The notes below the pieces were generated by a model. The model did not search any database. It saw nothing but the letters and a program-made list of their open reading frames with translations, and was not told the origin of the DNA. A program made the translations under genes and the position numbers. Of a stretch of 64,000 nt of DNA, positions 1 to 15,247 are shown piece by piece. The stretch lies in the NCBI GenBank assembly GCA_965153355.1, contig OZ231126.1, positions 32,240,001 to 32,304,000 on the forward strand, given 5' to 3'. Position 1 is the first letter of the stretch. Each line of letters opens with the position of its first letter. This stretch comes from Flaccisagitta enflata (lineage: Eukaryota).

Positions 1-480
1 GATAGTTTTTTTTTTAATTGAGCAACAGACCAGAATGAAGATCAACATTGATGCAGGGTCACAAATATTGTTGCGGACGGGTGGGCATGGGTATCCAACC
101 CAACTCGTGCCGACAGATGGACCAACAGACCGATGGGGGGACAAAGCTTCTTATAGAGTTGCGTCTGCAACTTTTTAAAAATGTGCATGGTAAAACTTGT
201 CAATCATTGATTTTTGTCTGAATGTTTACCCATGAAAAAGTAAACATCGCAGTCTCTTCTTTGAGGTGGATAGGTTAAGTTTTTTGCACTTTTCTATTTC
301 TTGAGTTTGCTATATGACCTTTGTTCCTGGTGCTACCAAACAGAGGAAAATCCCATATATCCTGTTCTTATACAGATTTAGTGTGAGATGGCATTCTTGA
401 TGCCACAGTCAAAAAGATGATTCACACCTTTGAATGAAAAAAGGTGTTTTCTTATCTCAGTCAGTTTGCTACTTTCATTT

Positions 481-558
<78 letters not shown>

Positions 559-1062
559 GTCTTTTTTCTCTCTCTCTTGCACTTCTTCTGTCTTTCATTA
601 TTGGACTTTATTTTTTTTTCTTAACAGAATTGACAGTATTGACACGCTCAATGAATACAAATAGTGAGGGAAAACATAATATCTTGAGCTAAAGATTTTT
701 TTGCTATTTCTCAAGCTAGAAAAAACAAAAACTAGCTGAGTAAAACTGGTATCAGACACTGTTTCCTTGTCACCATGGTAACTGTAGAACAAGGGATTTA
801 GATGATATCAGTTTTTTTTCCTGCAAATTTCAATGATTAACATGCGCACTTTCTTGAATATGATAGCAATTTCAGCTTAGTGAAGGGGCAGTTGGGGAAG
901 GGAGATAAAAACGGTGAAAAACCGAAAATCCAAATCACTGAATCAGTGAAACTTGGCATTCACTCCACCGTTTTTTCCGTTTGTGAATCACCGAATCTCA
1001 AACCTACTTGAGACGAACTAGGAGAGTCCACTTGAAAAAATTATGCATTCTAATAGCTTATG

Positions 1063-1584
1063 ACACCTGTCGAACATTTAGGCGGACTAGCATTGCTGTC
1101 AAATGTCCAAAAACTTCTCCAAGTGAACATAGGAGATTTGATTCATGAATTAGGAATATCAAATTCCATGGTCACGGCTTTTACTGTCCTGGGGTCGTCC
1201 CTGGATGGGGGCTGCAATTTCAGAGCATAATTTTTTCACCATTTTGTTGAACTTCATATCATCCAAAATTTCCCATCCTATTCGCCAAAAATTGCACACT
1301 TCCCCACAAAAATCATTTTTTGATACTTCAAAAACATCTGTTATTTTTGCAATAAAGGGCAATTCCTGAAAACGTGAACCTGGGAAAAAAAGTAACATTT
1401 CAACATTGCAATTAGGATATCATGACTGATTTTCGCATCATGTGAAATGATACAACATAAAATCTTCTTACCACACAAAAATACTAGCAATTTGCTATCT
1501 TCAGTACAAATCTCATGCCACTGAAGCTATATTTACTATGCAACCCATAGCTATACATTTTCTGCCTAAATGTTCGACAGGTGT
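1063..1584. mobile_element. MITE with 21-bp perfect TIR, superfamily unassigned
   Basis: ACACCTGTCGAACATTTAGGC (1063-1083) and its reverse complement GCCTAAATGTTCGACAGGTGT (1564-1584); no clear TSD. Confidence 0.7.
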
Positions 1585-2722
1585 TACAACTAATTGGGAA
1601 CGGCAGGGAGGCTACAAACTATATTTTAGTTTCATTGGCTATCTAGAAGTATGGTAAATGTGCAAATATGTTTTTCCAAAGAGAGAAGGGGGGAGGGGTG
1701 TTAGCCACTGCGTGTCTGTCTAATCATGTGAGTATGCATGTACGCGTATGAGCATGCGTGTTAGCCACTGCGTGTTTATCTAATCATGTGAGTGTGCGTG
1801 TACGCGTATGAGCACGCCTGTTGGCCACTGCATGTCTGTCTAGTCATGTGAGTGTGCGTGTACGCGTATGAGCACGCGTGTTACCCACTGCATGTCTGTC
1901 TAATCATGTGAGTATGCGTGTACGCGTATGAGCATGCATGTTAGCCACTGCATGTTTGTCTAGTCATGTGAGTTACAGGGGCGTAGGAGAGTTAAATCTT
2001 TAGGGCATGCCACCCCCTTATTAGTGTCCGATAACTTTAGTGTCCCAACAGAAACTAATTTTTGGTTTTCAATCATAAACTCTAAAAAAAGTAATTATTG
2101 CTATACTTTTGCTTGCTTCATGAATTGTGTTCAGTAAAGAAACATATTTTAGTAACTTTTGATTGCTTCATAATTTTTTTTAAAGAATAATTACTTCATG
2201 ACAATTTTTGAAATGATTAAATTACAAGTCTTACAGTATAGCTACAAATTTCCCCCATCTCCCCCCCTGCCCAATTGTGGGAAAAAAATTAAAGGGTTTG
2301 GAAATGGGGAAAGAAATCAATGTTTAGAAAAAAAAATAAAATTGAAAAAAATTAACCTTTTGGCAGTACTATTATACTGTTTCATACTAGTTAAAATAAA
2401 ACATTACTTTAAAAGGGTACAACGGTAAAAAAACATAGGGCTATAAAAATCCCAAGGGGGAAATCAAGACTTGTGCAACTATACACCCATGGATAAAAAC
2501 TTGTGACAAGTAAGATTTTTTCTTGCATCATTTTTTTCAGCAAATTCATCAATTATGATATCCATTTGATTTGTTAAAGGAAATTTGAGGCCTTTATATC
2601 TTTTAGTTTGCCACCACAAAAATTCAATTATTCCTCTGTCTATCTGCTAGTGTGTTTGCGTTGCTCTGTCGTTCTTTCCTCTTTTTCTTTCTTTCTCCTT
2701 TCACTTTTGATTTATTTCAACA

Positions 2723-2913
2723 TTTTTAGTCGCGGACTAGCGACTCTATAAGAGGCTTTGTCTGTCCGTCCGTCCGTCCGTTGGTCGGTCGGTTGGTCGG
2801 TCGGTTGGTCGGTCGGTCGGTCGGTTACACTCAAGTCGAAAAGTGGGAAAACACATATTTCCGCCCCTGCCCACCTGTCCACGACTGGTATTGGCCGTGT
2901 ATCCGGCCTTGTT
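2723..2913 (+). mobile_element. DINE-1/HINE-like element, family A
   Basis: TTTTT-AGTCGC..GCGACT 5' hairpin, (GTCC/GTCG)n core, distal CGACT, 3' hairpin GGCCGTGTATCCGGCC-TTGTT; no TSD. Confidence 0.75.
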
Positions 2914-2961
2914 TTCATTCAACTTATTAACTCTCTCTCTTAGTCTGTCTCTGTCTCACTC

Positions 2962-4087
2962 GGGGGAAGCGCCTGAAAGCTAAAATATTCCAGTGGCCTG
3001 ATGTCTAAAAATGATTTTGGCCTGATTTCTAAAAAAAAAGTTTAGATATGAGGCCAATTTGAAACTAAAAGTACTGGCATGGTTTGAAAATCTAAATGCG
3101 CCTAACAGCTAAAAAGAAAGAGCCTGATGACTAAAAAAAGAGAAAGGCATTAAGAAGCAGATCTGAGAAACAGAAATGAGAAACAGAGATAGATAAGTAG
3201 ATTGATGGACAAATAAAGCAAGACAAACAAGAGGACAAAGTGTCTGATAGTCACCTGTAGATGGTAGAGCATGCACCAGCGTCCAGCAATAGTGAATTTA
3301 AATGAAAAATATTTCTAAATGGAATACATAACTAATTACTGTTTATCGACATATTTGAGAACTGTTGTGCACCTGCCATTAAGACATGCCTAGATATAGG
3401 TTTTGTAGTTTTTCTAAAGATTGCCATAAAGGTAGCTTCATTAAAAGGCACCCCACCCCTCAGGGTTTGGAGATGTGGAAGGAAATCAAAAAAGGGGAAA
3501 TTAAAAAAAAAAGAAAAATTTGAGGAAAAAATGATTGTTGATATTATCAAATCATAAAAACTGTTTTGAAAAATACAATTTAACATTTTTTAAACGTTAT
3601 CTACACTGTTTTATTGCTTTATGGGGAAGAAAATCATAAATTTTGAAATACGAGATGTTGCATTACAGGGAAAAAAACAAAAATAGGGGGGAGAGAAAAA
3701 GCAAAAGCGACTCAACTGTATAAACTCCTGCTATAAGGTATGAATTTGCATGATCCCTTGAAATACACTCTAGTGAAGCCCAATTGTACTATAATTTCAA
3801 GAAAAATATCAGCAAATAAAACATGTGTAAAAGGATGGTGCTTAATTTGCATATTGTTTCAAATGGGGCTTTATGCCTTTTTTGTGCCTCCTCATTCCTC
3901 TTTTTTTATAACTTAGGCCAATCACTGATAGAAATTTTAGAAGTTAGACCACTTTTTCTGATCTTATCTTTAGAAATAAAATGCTGCAAAATAGGCTGCA
4001 CAGCTAAAAAAATATTTTGGCTGTTGGGCCAATCTGCCATGCAAAAATTTTAGCTGTTGGGCGCTTTAGCTGTGTGGAGATACACCC
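2962..4087. mobile_element. Mutator/MULE-like non-autonomous element
   Basis: 9-bp TSD GTCTCACTC (2953-2961, 4088-4096); GGG...CCC ends; imperfect inverted AAGCGCC..AGCTAAAA motifs. Confidence 0.6.
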
Positions 4088-4111
4088 GTCTCACTCTCTC
4101 TTTCTCTTTCA

Positions 4112-4207
<96 letters not shown>

Positions 4208-4682
4208 GTCTGCATTTCATTTTTTTCTTTTCTTCTTTCCTTCTTTTTTTTCCTTTTCTTTTAATTTTCCTTCTTCCTTTTCTGCTTCCTCCTCTTCATT
4301 CTCCCTTCTTTTTTTTTCTTTTTTTTTTTTGATGAGATTGGTGTCCCGACAACTTTAGTGTCCCGACATTAAGGCATGCCATGGCATGCCCGGCATGCCC
4401 TTGTCCTACGCCCCAGTGTGAGTATGTGTGTACGCGTATGAGAACGCGTGTTAGCTACCTCATGTGTGTCTAATCATGTGAGTATGCGCGTGCGCGTATG
4501 AGCTTGTGTGTTAGCCACTGCGTGTGTGTCTAATCATGTGACCATCGTCAAAAGCTATTTTCGAATCCAACGGAAATCCTGAGGCTTTGTTAACGCCCAC
4601 AGTCTTAATCTCGTATTCAATGCACGAGTGAACGGAACAGTGCGTGTGCGTGTGCGTCTGATTGTGCGTGTGCGTATGCGTT

Positions 4683-5218
<536 letters not shown>

Positions 5219-5837
5219 AATAAAGGTATTTGGCTTCAATCAAGGCACCTGAGCTATTTGTGGGCAAATGATTTTTACATGGCTCTCACTCAGAAGAAAG
5301 GAAATTTAAGGATTCGAGTGCAGCAAACAACACCTGCGGCCACCTGCGCTGTTGCTGCTGCGCTTGAGTGCGTCTTTGTAATTGCTCCAGAATGTAGCGT
5401 TGAGCGGAACTACGGTGCGGTAATCGGCACTGCGGTGGGCGTTGCGGTAATCGGCACTGCGGTGCGATGTGGGAGACCAATTTCCCTTTTTTTTCGGGAA
5501 AGGTGCTAGATAATAATGGGATAGATTCTTTAAGGGTACATCATACGTATTGGCTTCATGTATTAGTATTCCCCAATTATTGTTTATCTACAAACAGTTA
5601 TTATTAGATAAGTTTCTCCCTTGAATTGGCCAGTCCATCAGGCTGCCTATCCTAAATGGAATGTTGCACACAAGTAAGGTAATTTGTTGATAGATGAAAG
5701 GACGAAATTGTGTTTAAAGTCAGCATGTAAACACGAATGCGACGATCCAAAAAGGATCACCCCAAAGTCTGAGTCAGGAAATAATTGATGTCACCAAAAG
5801 GCTTTGGAATTGCCATAGGGTAATTGGTGTAAGGAAA

Positions 5838-6450
5838 AACCAGTCGCCCAAGGGCAATATGTGGTCAGCAATACCCGTTGCCCTGCTTTGTATGTTGGAG
5901 ATTGAAGGTGATGGTTAGCAGGGCAGCGGCCCCAAAGGGGACAATGTCCTGTAGAACACAGGTGTTTTCTGCTCAATTGAGTTTGTAAGGCTGGGATTTG
6001 AGCCAAAGGCTGAGATTTGAGCCTTGAAGCTAGAATTTAAGCCTTGAGGCTAGAATTTGGCCTTGAGGTTGAAATTTGAGCCATGGGTCTGGGATTTTAG
6101 CAGCCGGGCTTGGATTTGAGTCTGGAAGCTGGGATTTGAGCCTCCAGGCTGGGATATGACCCTTGAGGTTGGGATTTGAACCTCCAGGCAGGAATTTGAG
6201 CCTTCAGACTGGGATTTGCGCCTCCAGGCTGGGATTTGAGCCTCATGACTGGGATTTAAGCCTCAGGATTGGGATTTAAGCCTCAAGGTTAGAATTTGAG
6301 TCTCGAGTCTAGGATTTGAGCCTCGAGGCTGGGATTTGAGCCGGCGGGGGGGGGGGGGGGACGAACAAACAAACAAACAAACAGACATATGAACGAAAGT
6401 CCCCCTGTGTTCTACAGGACATCGTTCCCTTCAGGGCCGCTGCCCAAAAA
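5838..6450 (-). mobile_element. HINE-like family B with internal 20-bp tandem array (GGCTGGGATTTGAGCCTCGA)
   Basis: Shared end AACCAGTCGCCCAAGGGC; inverted block GGGCAGCGGCCCC..TGTCCTGTAGAACACAGG; other end GCTGCCCAAAAA. Confidence 0.7.
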
Positions 6451-6586
6451 GAGCAAATACCGACAGATGCAACAAACGAAATTACAAAGAGAGGCAATGA
6501 GAAATGAAAACGCGGGACTCTACAGGCAGATGGACGGATGAATGGATGGAATGACGGACTGTTAGACGGACTGGCACATTGGGAAT

Positions 6587-7432
6587 AACAGGTCGCCCAA
6601 GGGCAATATGTGGTCAGCGATACCCGTTGCCCTGCTTTGCATGATTGTAAATTGTAGTGAGAGGAAGCAGGGCAGCGGCCCCGAAGGGGACGATGTCCTG
6701 TAGAACACAGGGGACTTTCGTTTGTTTGTCGTTTGTCCATCTCCCCCCCCAAGGCCCTCACAGTGCTGAAATCTGCCCTCTCAGGCCTGAAATCTGCCTA
6801 TTCAGATTCAAACTCTGAGAGGGCAGATTTCAGGCCTGAGAGGGCAGATTTCAGGCCTGAGAGGGCAGATTTCAGGCCTGAGAGGGCAGATTTCAGGCCT
6901 GAGAGGGCAGATTTCAGGCCTGAGAGGGCAGATTTCAGGCCTGAGAGGACAGATTTCAGGCCTGAGAGGGTAGATTTTAGGCCTGAGAGGGTAGATTTCA
7001 GGCCTGAGAGGATAGATTTCAGACCTGAGAAGGCAGATTCAAGGCCTCAGAGGGCAGATTTCAGGCCTGAAAGGTCAGATTTCACGCCTGAAAGGTCAGA
7101 TTTCACGCCTGAGAGGGCAGATTTCAGGCCTGAGAGGACAGATTTCAGGCCTGAGAGGGTAGATTAGGCCTGAGAGGGTAGATTTCAGGCCTGAGAGAGT
7201 AGATTTCAGACCTGAGAAGGCAGATTCAAGGCCTGAGAGGGCAGATTCTAGGCCTGAAAGGTCAGATTTCAGGCCTGAAAGGTCAGATTTCAGGCCTGAG
7301 AGGGCAGATTTCAGGCCAGGCCTGAGAGGGGGGGGACGGATAAACAAACAAACGAACGAACGAACGAACAAACAAATGAAAGTCCCCTGTGTTTTACAGG
7401 ACATCGTCCCCTTCGGGGCCGCTGCCCAAAAA
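6587..7432 (-). mobile_element. HINE-like family B with 21-bp tandem array (GAGGGCAGATTTCAGGCCTGA)
   Basis: Same termini; ~90-bp internal inverted repeat enclosing ~24 copies of the 21-mer. Confidence 0.75.
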
Positions 7433-8010
7433 CCAGTCGCCCAAGGGCAATGTGGTTAGCGATACCCATTCCCCTGCTTTGCATGATTGTGAATTAGAGT
7501 GAGAGGAAGGAGGGCAGCGGCCCCGAAGGGGACAAAGTACTGTAGAACACAGGGGGACATTCATTCATTCGTCCGTCCGTCCGTACATCCATCCCCCAAG
7601 GCCCTCTCAAAGTCTTGTAGAACACAGGGGGACATTTGTTCGTTTTTTCGTCCGTTCATGCGTGCGTCCGCCCCAGGCCCTATCAGGCCTGAAATCTGCC
7701 CTCTCAGGCCTGAAATCTACCCTCTCAGGCCTGAAATCCGCCCTTTCAGGCCTTGAATCTGTGAGGATAGGTCTAAGGCCTCAAAGGACAGATTTCAGGC
7801 CTGAGAGGGCAGATTTTAGGCCTGAGAGGGCAGATTCAAGGCCTGAGAGGGCAGATTTCAGGCATGAGAGGGTAGATTTAAGGCCTGAGAGGGCAGATTT
7901 CAGGCCTGATAGGGCCTGGGGCGGACGCACGCACAAACGGACAAACAAACGAATGAATGTCCCCCTGTGTTCTACAGGACTTTGTCCCCTTTGGAGCCGC
8001 TGACCAAAAA
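7431..8010 (-). mobile_element. HINE-like family B, head-to-tail with the preceding copy
   Basis: Starts in the A-run terminus of the previous copy (AAAAACCAGTCGCCC); 21-mer arrays in both orientations. Confidence 0.7.
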
Positions 8011-9559
8011 CAACAACAATAAACGGCATCCCTACCATTAGAGATAATTTTGCCTCCAAAAAATACAATTGCATCACTTATTAGGACAACATGAAATACA
8101 TCGCCGTTACAATTACTTGCGGGGGTGATCTGAATGGCTTTGAAAGGCTTTTTTTGTAAATGTTGAATATCTGAACTCAATCAAAGCATAAATATAGATT
8201 ATTCATGGTTACAACCTACAACGTCTTGCGTGAATAAATGGCAATTGGCTAATGGCTATTTTCGGCGAATGTTGAATATTGAAACTCGAACAATGCATAA
8301 ATGTAAATCAGCGTCACAAGAACTCTCCATTTACAATTTCACACCTGAATGAAGGCTTCGCATAATTCCCGTTCAGCGCTTATTTATATCTTTTGACAGC
8401 TTTGCTTTTCATTGGAATTTCCATACCTTCAACCAATTTGGCACGGCCTTACAAAACAGCAAACATAATTCTATGAGCATTTTATTCGCGTAATTGTTCC
8501 TATCCTTGGCTAGAGGGAGGTGTTAAATCGAAAGTACTAAACCCGGCCATTTTTCCATGTAGGAACAACATATAAGTTGGGAAAGACATGAAAACTCAAC
8601 CATTTATCATCAGAGGGGTCGGCGCACTAAACTTGTTTTTTGGTGGGATAATCCATTAAAATGCCATTTTTCAGCGGTTTTGCTTCATTTTTCCACAATG
8701 TTGTTTCATTTTCAAATGTTGCTACAGAGCTATTGCTGTTCGGTATACTATCTAGGCGGAAAAAATCTTTCGGTACGTTTACATGCATATCTCAGGTCAG
8801 AATCAACTAATCATCAAAAAATTGGTAAGAAAATTAAAGCCCTTCAAATTTTCAAGAGACTGACGCAAACCGCATCCCACTAGCTCTATGCGTTCAAAAG
8901 CTATTCAACTTAGATTGAAATACTTCAGTTTCACTTTTGCCATTCCTACACAATCTTCTGATGATATCATTTCACTCGTTTATTGATTATTTCTAAACGC
9001 CTTGAGCTAGACAGATGCGATTTGCATTGCCTGCTTGCAAATTCGAAGGGCTTCATTTAGGTCACCGATTTTTTAATGATTTGATGATTCTTTTGAATGC
9101 TGTATGTCTAAATGTAGTAAAAGAATAGACAACAAAAAATCACGAGAAAGATCTTGAAAGCCTTCACTCCTGAGTAATTCGAACGGCTCTACAAATTGCT
9201 TCCGAAACAAATGGCTGCTTTGATTCAATCAAAGGTAGCTCACACTAACTGTGGATGGATTTGTAATTGATTTGTATTCATTTTTACGCCAATGAATACG
9301 TTTTTGTTATAGGACGAAAGATTTTTTCCGCCTAGATAGTAAGCTTAATATAAGTAATGTTAAGTTTTTGAAAATCAAAAAGGTAAAAGTCAGGAGAAAG
9401 AGGATGAGAGGAGATGGAGGAGGAGGAGGAGGAGGAGGAGGAGGAGGAGGACGACGACGACAACGACAACTACGACGATGATGGAAGGACCAAGCATTTT
9501 TTTGTTCATGATAACCTTTTTGCATTGCTTAAAATTTGTGTCCATAGTGCATTTACAGA

Positions 9560-9760
9560 AACAATGCCGGATACATGGCTACCCCAGTCGCATGCAGGTG
9601 GGCAGGGGCAGTATTTGAGTTACTAGAGCATTTGGGCAGGAGCAGTGAGGCCAAAGACCGCAAAAACATGAAATAAGTAAAATGGGGACCGACCAGCCAA
9701 CCAACTGACCAACCAATGGACCGACAAAGTGGGGTGTAGAGTCGCGCAGCACGCAACTAA
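9560..9760 (-). mobile_element. HINE-like family A, abutted by a family B fragment (9760-9863)
   Basis: ACAATGCCGGATACATGGC...TAGAGTCGCGCAGCACGCAACTAA, then CAAGTCATCCAAGGATCGC. Confidence 0.65.
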
Positions 9761-10223
9761 CAAGTCATCCAAGGATCGCACATGGTCAGCGGTACCTGAT
9801 GCCCTGCCTGGAGTAATTAGCTGAAGAATTGGAGTGAGAGCAGGGCAGCGGCCCCAAAGGGCTTCAGTTGAAAATGGACATAGGGCGAGGGAACATAGTC
9901 TTTAGGACAGCAACAAGACATTTCATCTTGACAATGAGACGGCAGGATAAGGATTATTCAATCTCTCTGCCAAGATTCAGAGGTTTGGAGCATTTGAAGG
10001 AATATGAGGCGAGGAGGCAGAGGAAAAAGAAAAAGAGGAAGAGGGAGAGAGAGAGTTATCGTGGGTAAGTGGGAGCATCTGGCAAAGTGGCGCCACCAAT
10101 GAGTCAACAGTTTTCCGTCCTCATTCAAACTTACGGCGACAATTCCTTGCAAATCACAGCCAACGCGACAATGACGACAAATGATATCTGCGGCAACAAT
10201 GTCTAACAAATGACACCCATATA

Positions 10224-11293
<1,070 letters not shown>

Positions 11294-11445
11294 CCCATAT
11301 AGCAAAAATGATGACACATGATATCTTCGGTGACAATGGCTAACAAATGATAGCCATGGCAACGATGAGGACACATGATATCTGCGGCGTCAATGACTAA
11401 CAAATGATAGCCATGTTGCTAATGACAACTTATCAAAGCTGCAAC

Positions 11446-11575
11446 TAGGGATGTGGAAGCGGTCGATTTTTATGCCGCTTCTACCGCTTCCGCTTCCGCT
11501 CCCATTTTTTAGTTCAAATACTAGTGGCTATCCCATCCTCGAATTTGGAAGCGGTCAATCGCTTTCACATCCCTA
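11446..11575. mobile_element. 130-bp hAT-type MITE
   Basis: TIR TAGGGATGTGGAAGCG / CGCTTTCACATCCCTA; TSD GCTGCAAC (11438-11445, 11576-11583). Confidence 0.85.
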
Positions 11576-11975
11576 GCTGCAACAATGACAAATAGAGAAT
11601 AGCCGTAGCAGCAATGACGACACCTGTGAATTGAATCAATAGCAATTGGACAAAAGTCGACAAAAGCAACAATGACAATGTTTATCCAACGTTATGGCAA
11701 CAATGACAGAAGATAGCCGTTGCTGCTATGATAACTCTAGATAGACAATGACAGACAAATTAAGGTAAAAGCAGGCATGAAGCCATAGGTGAATCAATAT
11801 GATATGGTCGGTTGCAGGCTTGCAGCAACAATGTGCATTCTCTTGGTTCCTGCCCAACTTCATGCACCTTTTGCCCTTAAAAGATTGTGGCGTTGTGTGC
11901 TGCGCTCCGAAAACATAAGTTATTGGGTGGGGTGTGGTACCATGGTCTTCAAAAACGGGTATTATCTCAATACAA

Positions 11976-12334
11976 TGGACGCGTTTCTAGTCACAGACAA
12001 TCGCGTTTTTAATGGGCCACTCGGTCGCTCAATACATTCGTTCACTTGCACCGCTCACTCCGCTCACTTGCTCCGCTCACTTGCTCCGCAGCGCTCCACT
12101 TTGCTATGCTTGCTTTGCTATATTCGCTTTGCTACATTTGCTTTGATACACTCGCTTTGCTACGCTCGCTTTGCTATGCTCGCTTTACTACGCTTGCTTT
12201 GCTGCACTCGCTTTGCTACGCTCGCTCGCTCCATTCACGGGCTTGCTCACTCACTTCACTCACTCCATCCTGCGATATCTTAATTCATGAATATATGTTC
12301 CCGCTTTAAACGTGTTCCATGGGAACAAACGCCC
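11976..12334 (+). mobile_element. Degenerate copy of the Harbinger-like MITE at 62775-63039, in the opposite orientation
   Basis: GTTTCTAGTCACAGACAATCGCGTTTTTAATGGGCC and CGCTCACT repeats match the reverse complement of the 62.8-kb element. Confidence 0.6.
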
Positions 12335-12553
12335 AATGTGTGGTATTGAAAATAAACAGCAAGGGGGTGAATATCCGATTTAAGTCGACTTAAAATCTGA
12401 ATAAAGATGGCGGCATAAAAAATGCGATATCAGGCAGGTTTTGTAAAGTTGACGTTCAGCGGCGCGAAACGATCGCGCGTCGAGACAAAGTCTTTTGTTA
12501 CAGAATATTCAAACAACTTTCGCCGTCTGTGGGAAAAGGACGACAGGTGGCTG

Positions 12554-12660
<107 letters not shown>

Positions 12661-12679
12661 CACACACACACTCACGCAC

Positions 12680-12788
<109 letters not shown>

Positions 12789-12898
12789 GAAACATGAACA
12801 CATACACATTCACTGAAACAGACAGACATATGCAGACATAGGCAGACAAACAGACAGACACATCGATACAGATGTAAACCAGGACAGAGGAGATGACA

Positions 12899-13467
12899 CC
12901 CTGTGTCCAATGGCATTCTTAAATGAATCATGCAAAAATGGTCTGATTAGTCCAGAAAGCAAGGATATTTGTTTCAGGTTACATATTTCAGGCCATAAGT
13001 ACCAAATCACGGAAATTCATGGCATGCATGGGGCAAATTTTAATGTTTTTTTGATTTTTTGAAGTTTGTTTAGGTTTTGCATCATATTGGTAATCATGAG
13101 GTCTCTAGTTTTCTCCAAAATATAGACAAATCAAATCATATGAAAAAGAAGGGTCATATACTTCCCATTCACGACAATTCTGGTGATTTCAGCTCAATCC
13201 ATGCAAAAATTATGAGGGTTGATTGCGAGACCCAGTGCTATAAAATTTTGCATAAATAAATGGTATTTCAGATGCGACCAATTAGATTTTCCCAAAATGA
13301 ATACTTTAGGCACGATAAAGGGTTTGCCGGTATAACTGCGTGACCCAGTGCTATAAAATTTTGCATAAACAAATGGTATTTCAGATGAAACTAATCAGAT
13401 TTTCCCAAAATGAATACTTTAGGCACGATAAAGGTTTTGCTGGTATCATTCGCTTTTGAACACAGGG
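12899..13467. mobile_element. TA-targeting (Tc1/mariner-like) MITE with an internal ~110-bp duplication
   Basis: Ends CCCTGTGTCCA / TGAACACAGGG flanked by CA/TA; the flanks rejoin to resemble the unsplit repeat at ~13530-13560. Confidence 0.5.
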
Positions 13468-13480
13468 TACTACAGATAAT

Positions 13481-13514
<34 letters not shown>

Positions 13515-14449
13515 TAGACACAGATGTAGACCAGGACAGAGATGATACCACAGATAATGACTCTCTTGAATTTTCACAAAGGCGGCTCCGCGTTTTGTTG
13601 CAAAGAAGAAAATTACGGCGTCGTTCCACCGGGAAATAGAATTTGCTTCAGTACGCAGTTTATGAAAACCCTTTCAAATTCAACACCTGATACGGTCTTA
13701 TAGAGCTAGTCAACTTGACAGTGACTGTCTGGTGGAAGATAAGCCGCGGTTTCTATCTTTTTATTGATAGTGATCAATACCAACATGGTGACTGGTGAGA
13801 TAACAGGTCGCTTTGCTGGCCAGTGCTTCGCGGTATTCTGCAGTCTCACGAACCCAATTGCACATAAGGTCTTTTTTGTTGATTTTCTCTTGCCATTTAT
13901 ACTCTTAAGATTCTACTTCGTTTTCTTTTGTCTTTTCCTTCCCTTTCCTGTTCTTTTTTTGTGATTATCTTGCTTCCACCATACTTTTCTCCACTCTCTA
14001 TCCCCGGTTTACGCCCAATTTTCTCTTTCCGTTTTCATTTTCTTTGTCAACCTATTCATTTTCACGTACATACCGTCGATCGGTTCGGCAAACGTTTCTC
14101 AATGATTTATATAAGTTCAAATCCATCTTCTCCTAATCTGGTTTTGCACTCTCGCCCATATCTTGCCCCCATTTGTTTTTCTCCACAAAAAAAGAAAAAA
14201 AAAAAGAAAAAAAGAATCCATTGCTATTTTTCTTTGTTTTCCCTGTTCTCCTCCACCCCCTCTACCAACTTTCCACCCCTCTCTCCCTCCTTTTCCGTGC
14301 TCACTTATTTGAATAAGTTCCATTTTATTTGTCGGCACTCGCCACTGAGCTGCGCTGGTTGTCTGCTTCAAAGAAGTTTTGCTAATTACCAAAGTCGTTT
14401 TCGAAATGTGCACCAAGAACTGAGCAAAAACGAGAACGTTTGCCTCTTT

Positions 14450-14652
<203 letters not shown>

Positions 14653-15056
14653 TCGTTTTGATCATGTTTTTAAAATTGCAGCTAAATTTTTGTTTCGGTT
14701 GTTGTTTAATTTTTGCTGTTGTTGTTCTTGATGGTAGCGGTGGTGTTGACGTTGCCTCAGTTGTTCTCATGGTCAGAAACTGGAAATTGCAATTCTAAAG
14801 CCAGGTTTGAGTAAAAAAAAAAGAAAGTTCCTTTTAAACTTTTATGGACTTTCTGTCAAGTGAAAGAAACCATTCTATTTAGGAAATGGTGATGAGGATG
14901 ACGGGAGTTAAGGAGTTAAAAGGGGTAACTAAAGGTTAATAGTTGGTGGGGATGACGAGGAATGATGGGAGGAAATGTAGTGTTCTGACGATGGATTTGT
15001 TCAAAGTTGATGAATGTGATGCGAGAGCCGTTGCGGGATGAGTAGATGGGATACCA

Positions 15057-15247
15057 TTTTTAGTCGCGTGTACGCGACTCTACAACCCGCTTTGTCTGTC
15101 GGTCGGTCGGTCGGTTGGCGATGTTTTAATTTTTTTTACAATTTTACTTTTTTGACCCCACTGCTCCTGCCCAAATGGTCTGGTGACCTCAAATATGGCC
15201 CCTGCCCACCCGCACGCGACTTCGGTAGCCGTGTATCCGGCCTTGTT
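15057..15247 (+). mobile_element. HINE-like family A
   Basis: TTTTTAGTCGCGTGTACGCGACTCTAC...CGCGACT...GCCGTGTATCCGGCCTTGTT. Confidence 0.75.

Larger units (their letters stand above)
1976..4416. mobile_element. Non-autonomous hAT-like element containing nested insertions
   Basis: TIR CAGGGGCGTAGGA / TCCTACGCCCCAG; near-duplicated target TGTGAGT(T)A; GGCATGCC and TTAGTGTCCC motifs near both ends. Confidence 0.7.
1697..4540. repeat. 60-bp minisatellite split by a hAT-like insertion (arms ~1697-1975 and ~4417-4540)
   Basis: Unit TTAGCCACTGCGTGTCTGTCTAATCATGTGAGTATGCGTGTACGCGTATGAGCATGCGTG; ~4.5 copies left, ~2 right, resuming in register. Confidence 0.85.

Noticed and set aside
6733-7167. ORF with (RPERADF)n heptads
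   Set aside because: Translation of the 21-bp array inside a family B element; frameshifted at ~7165
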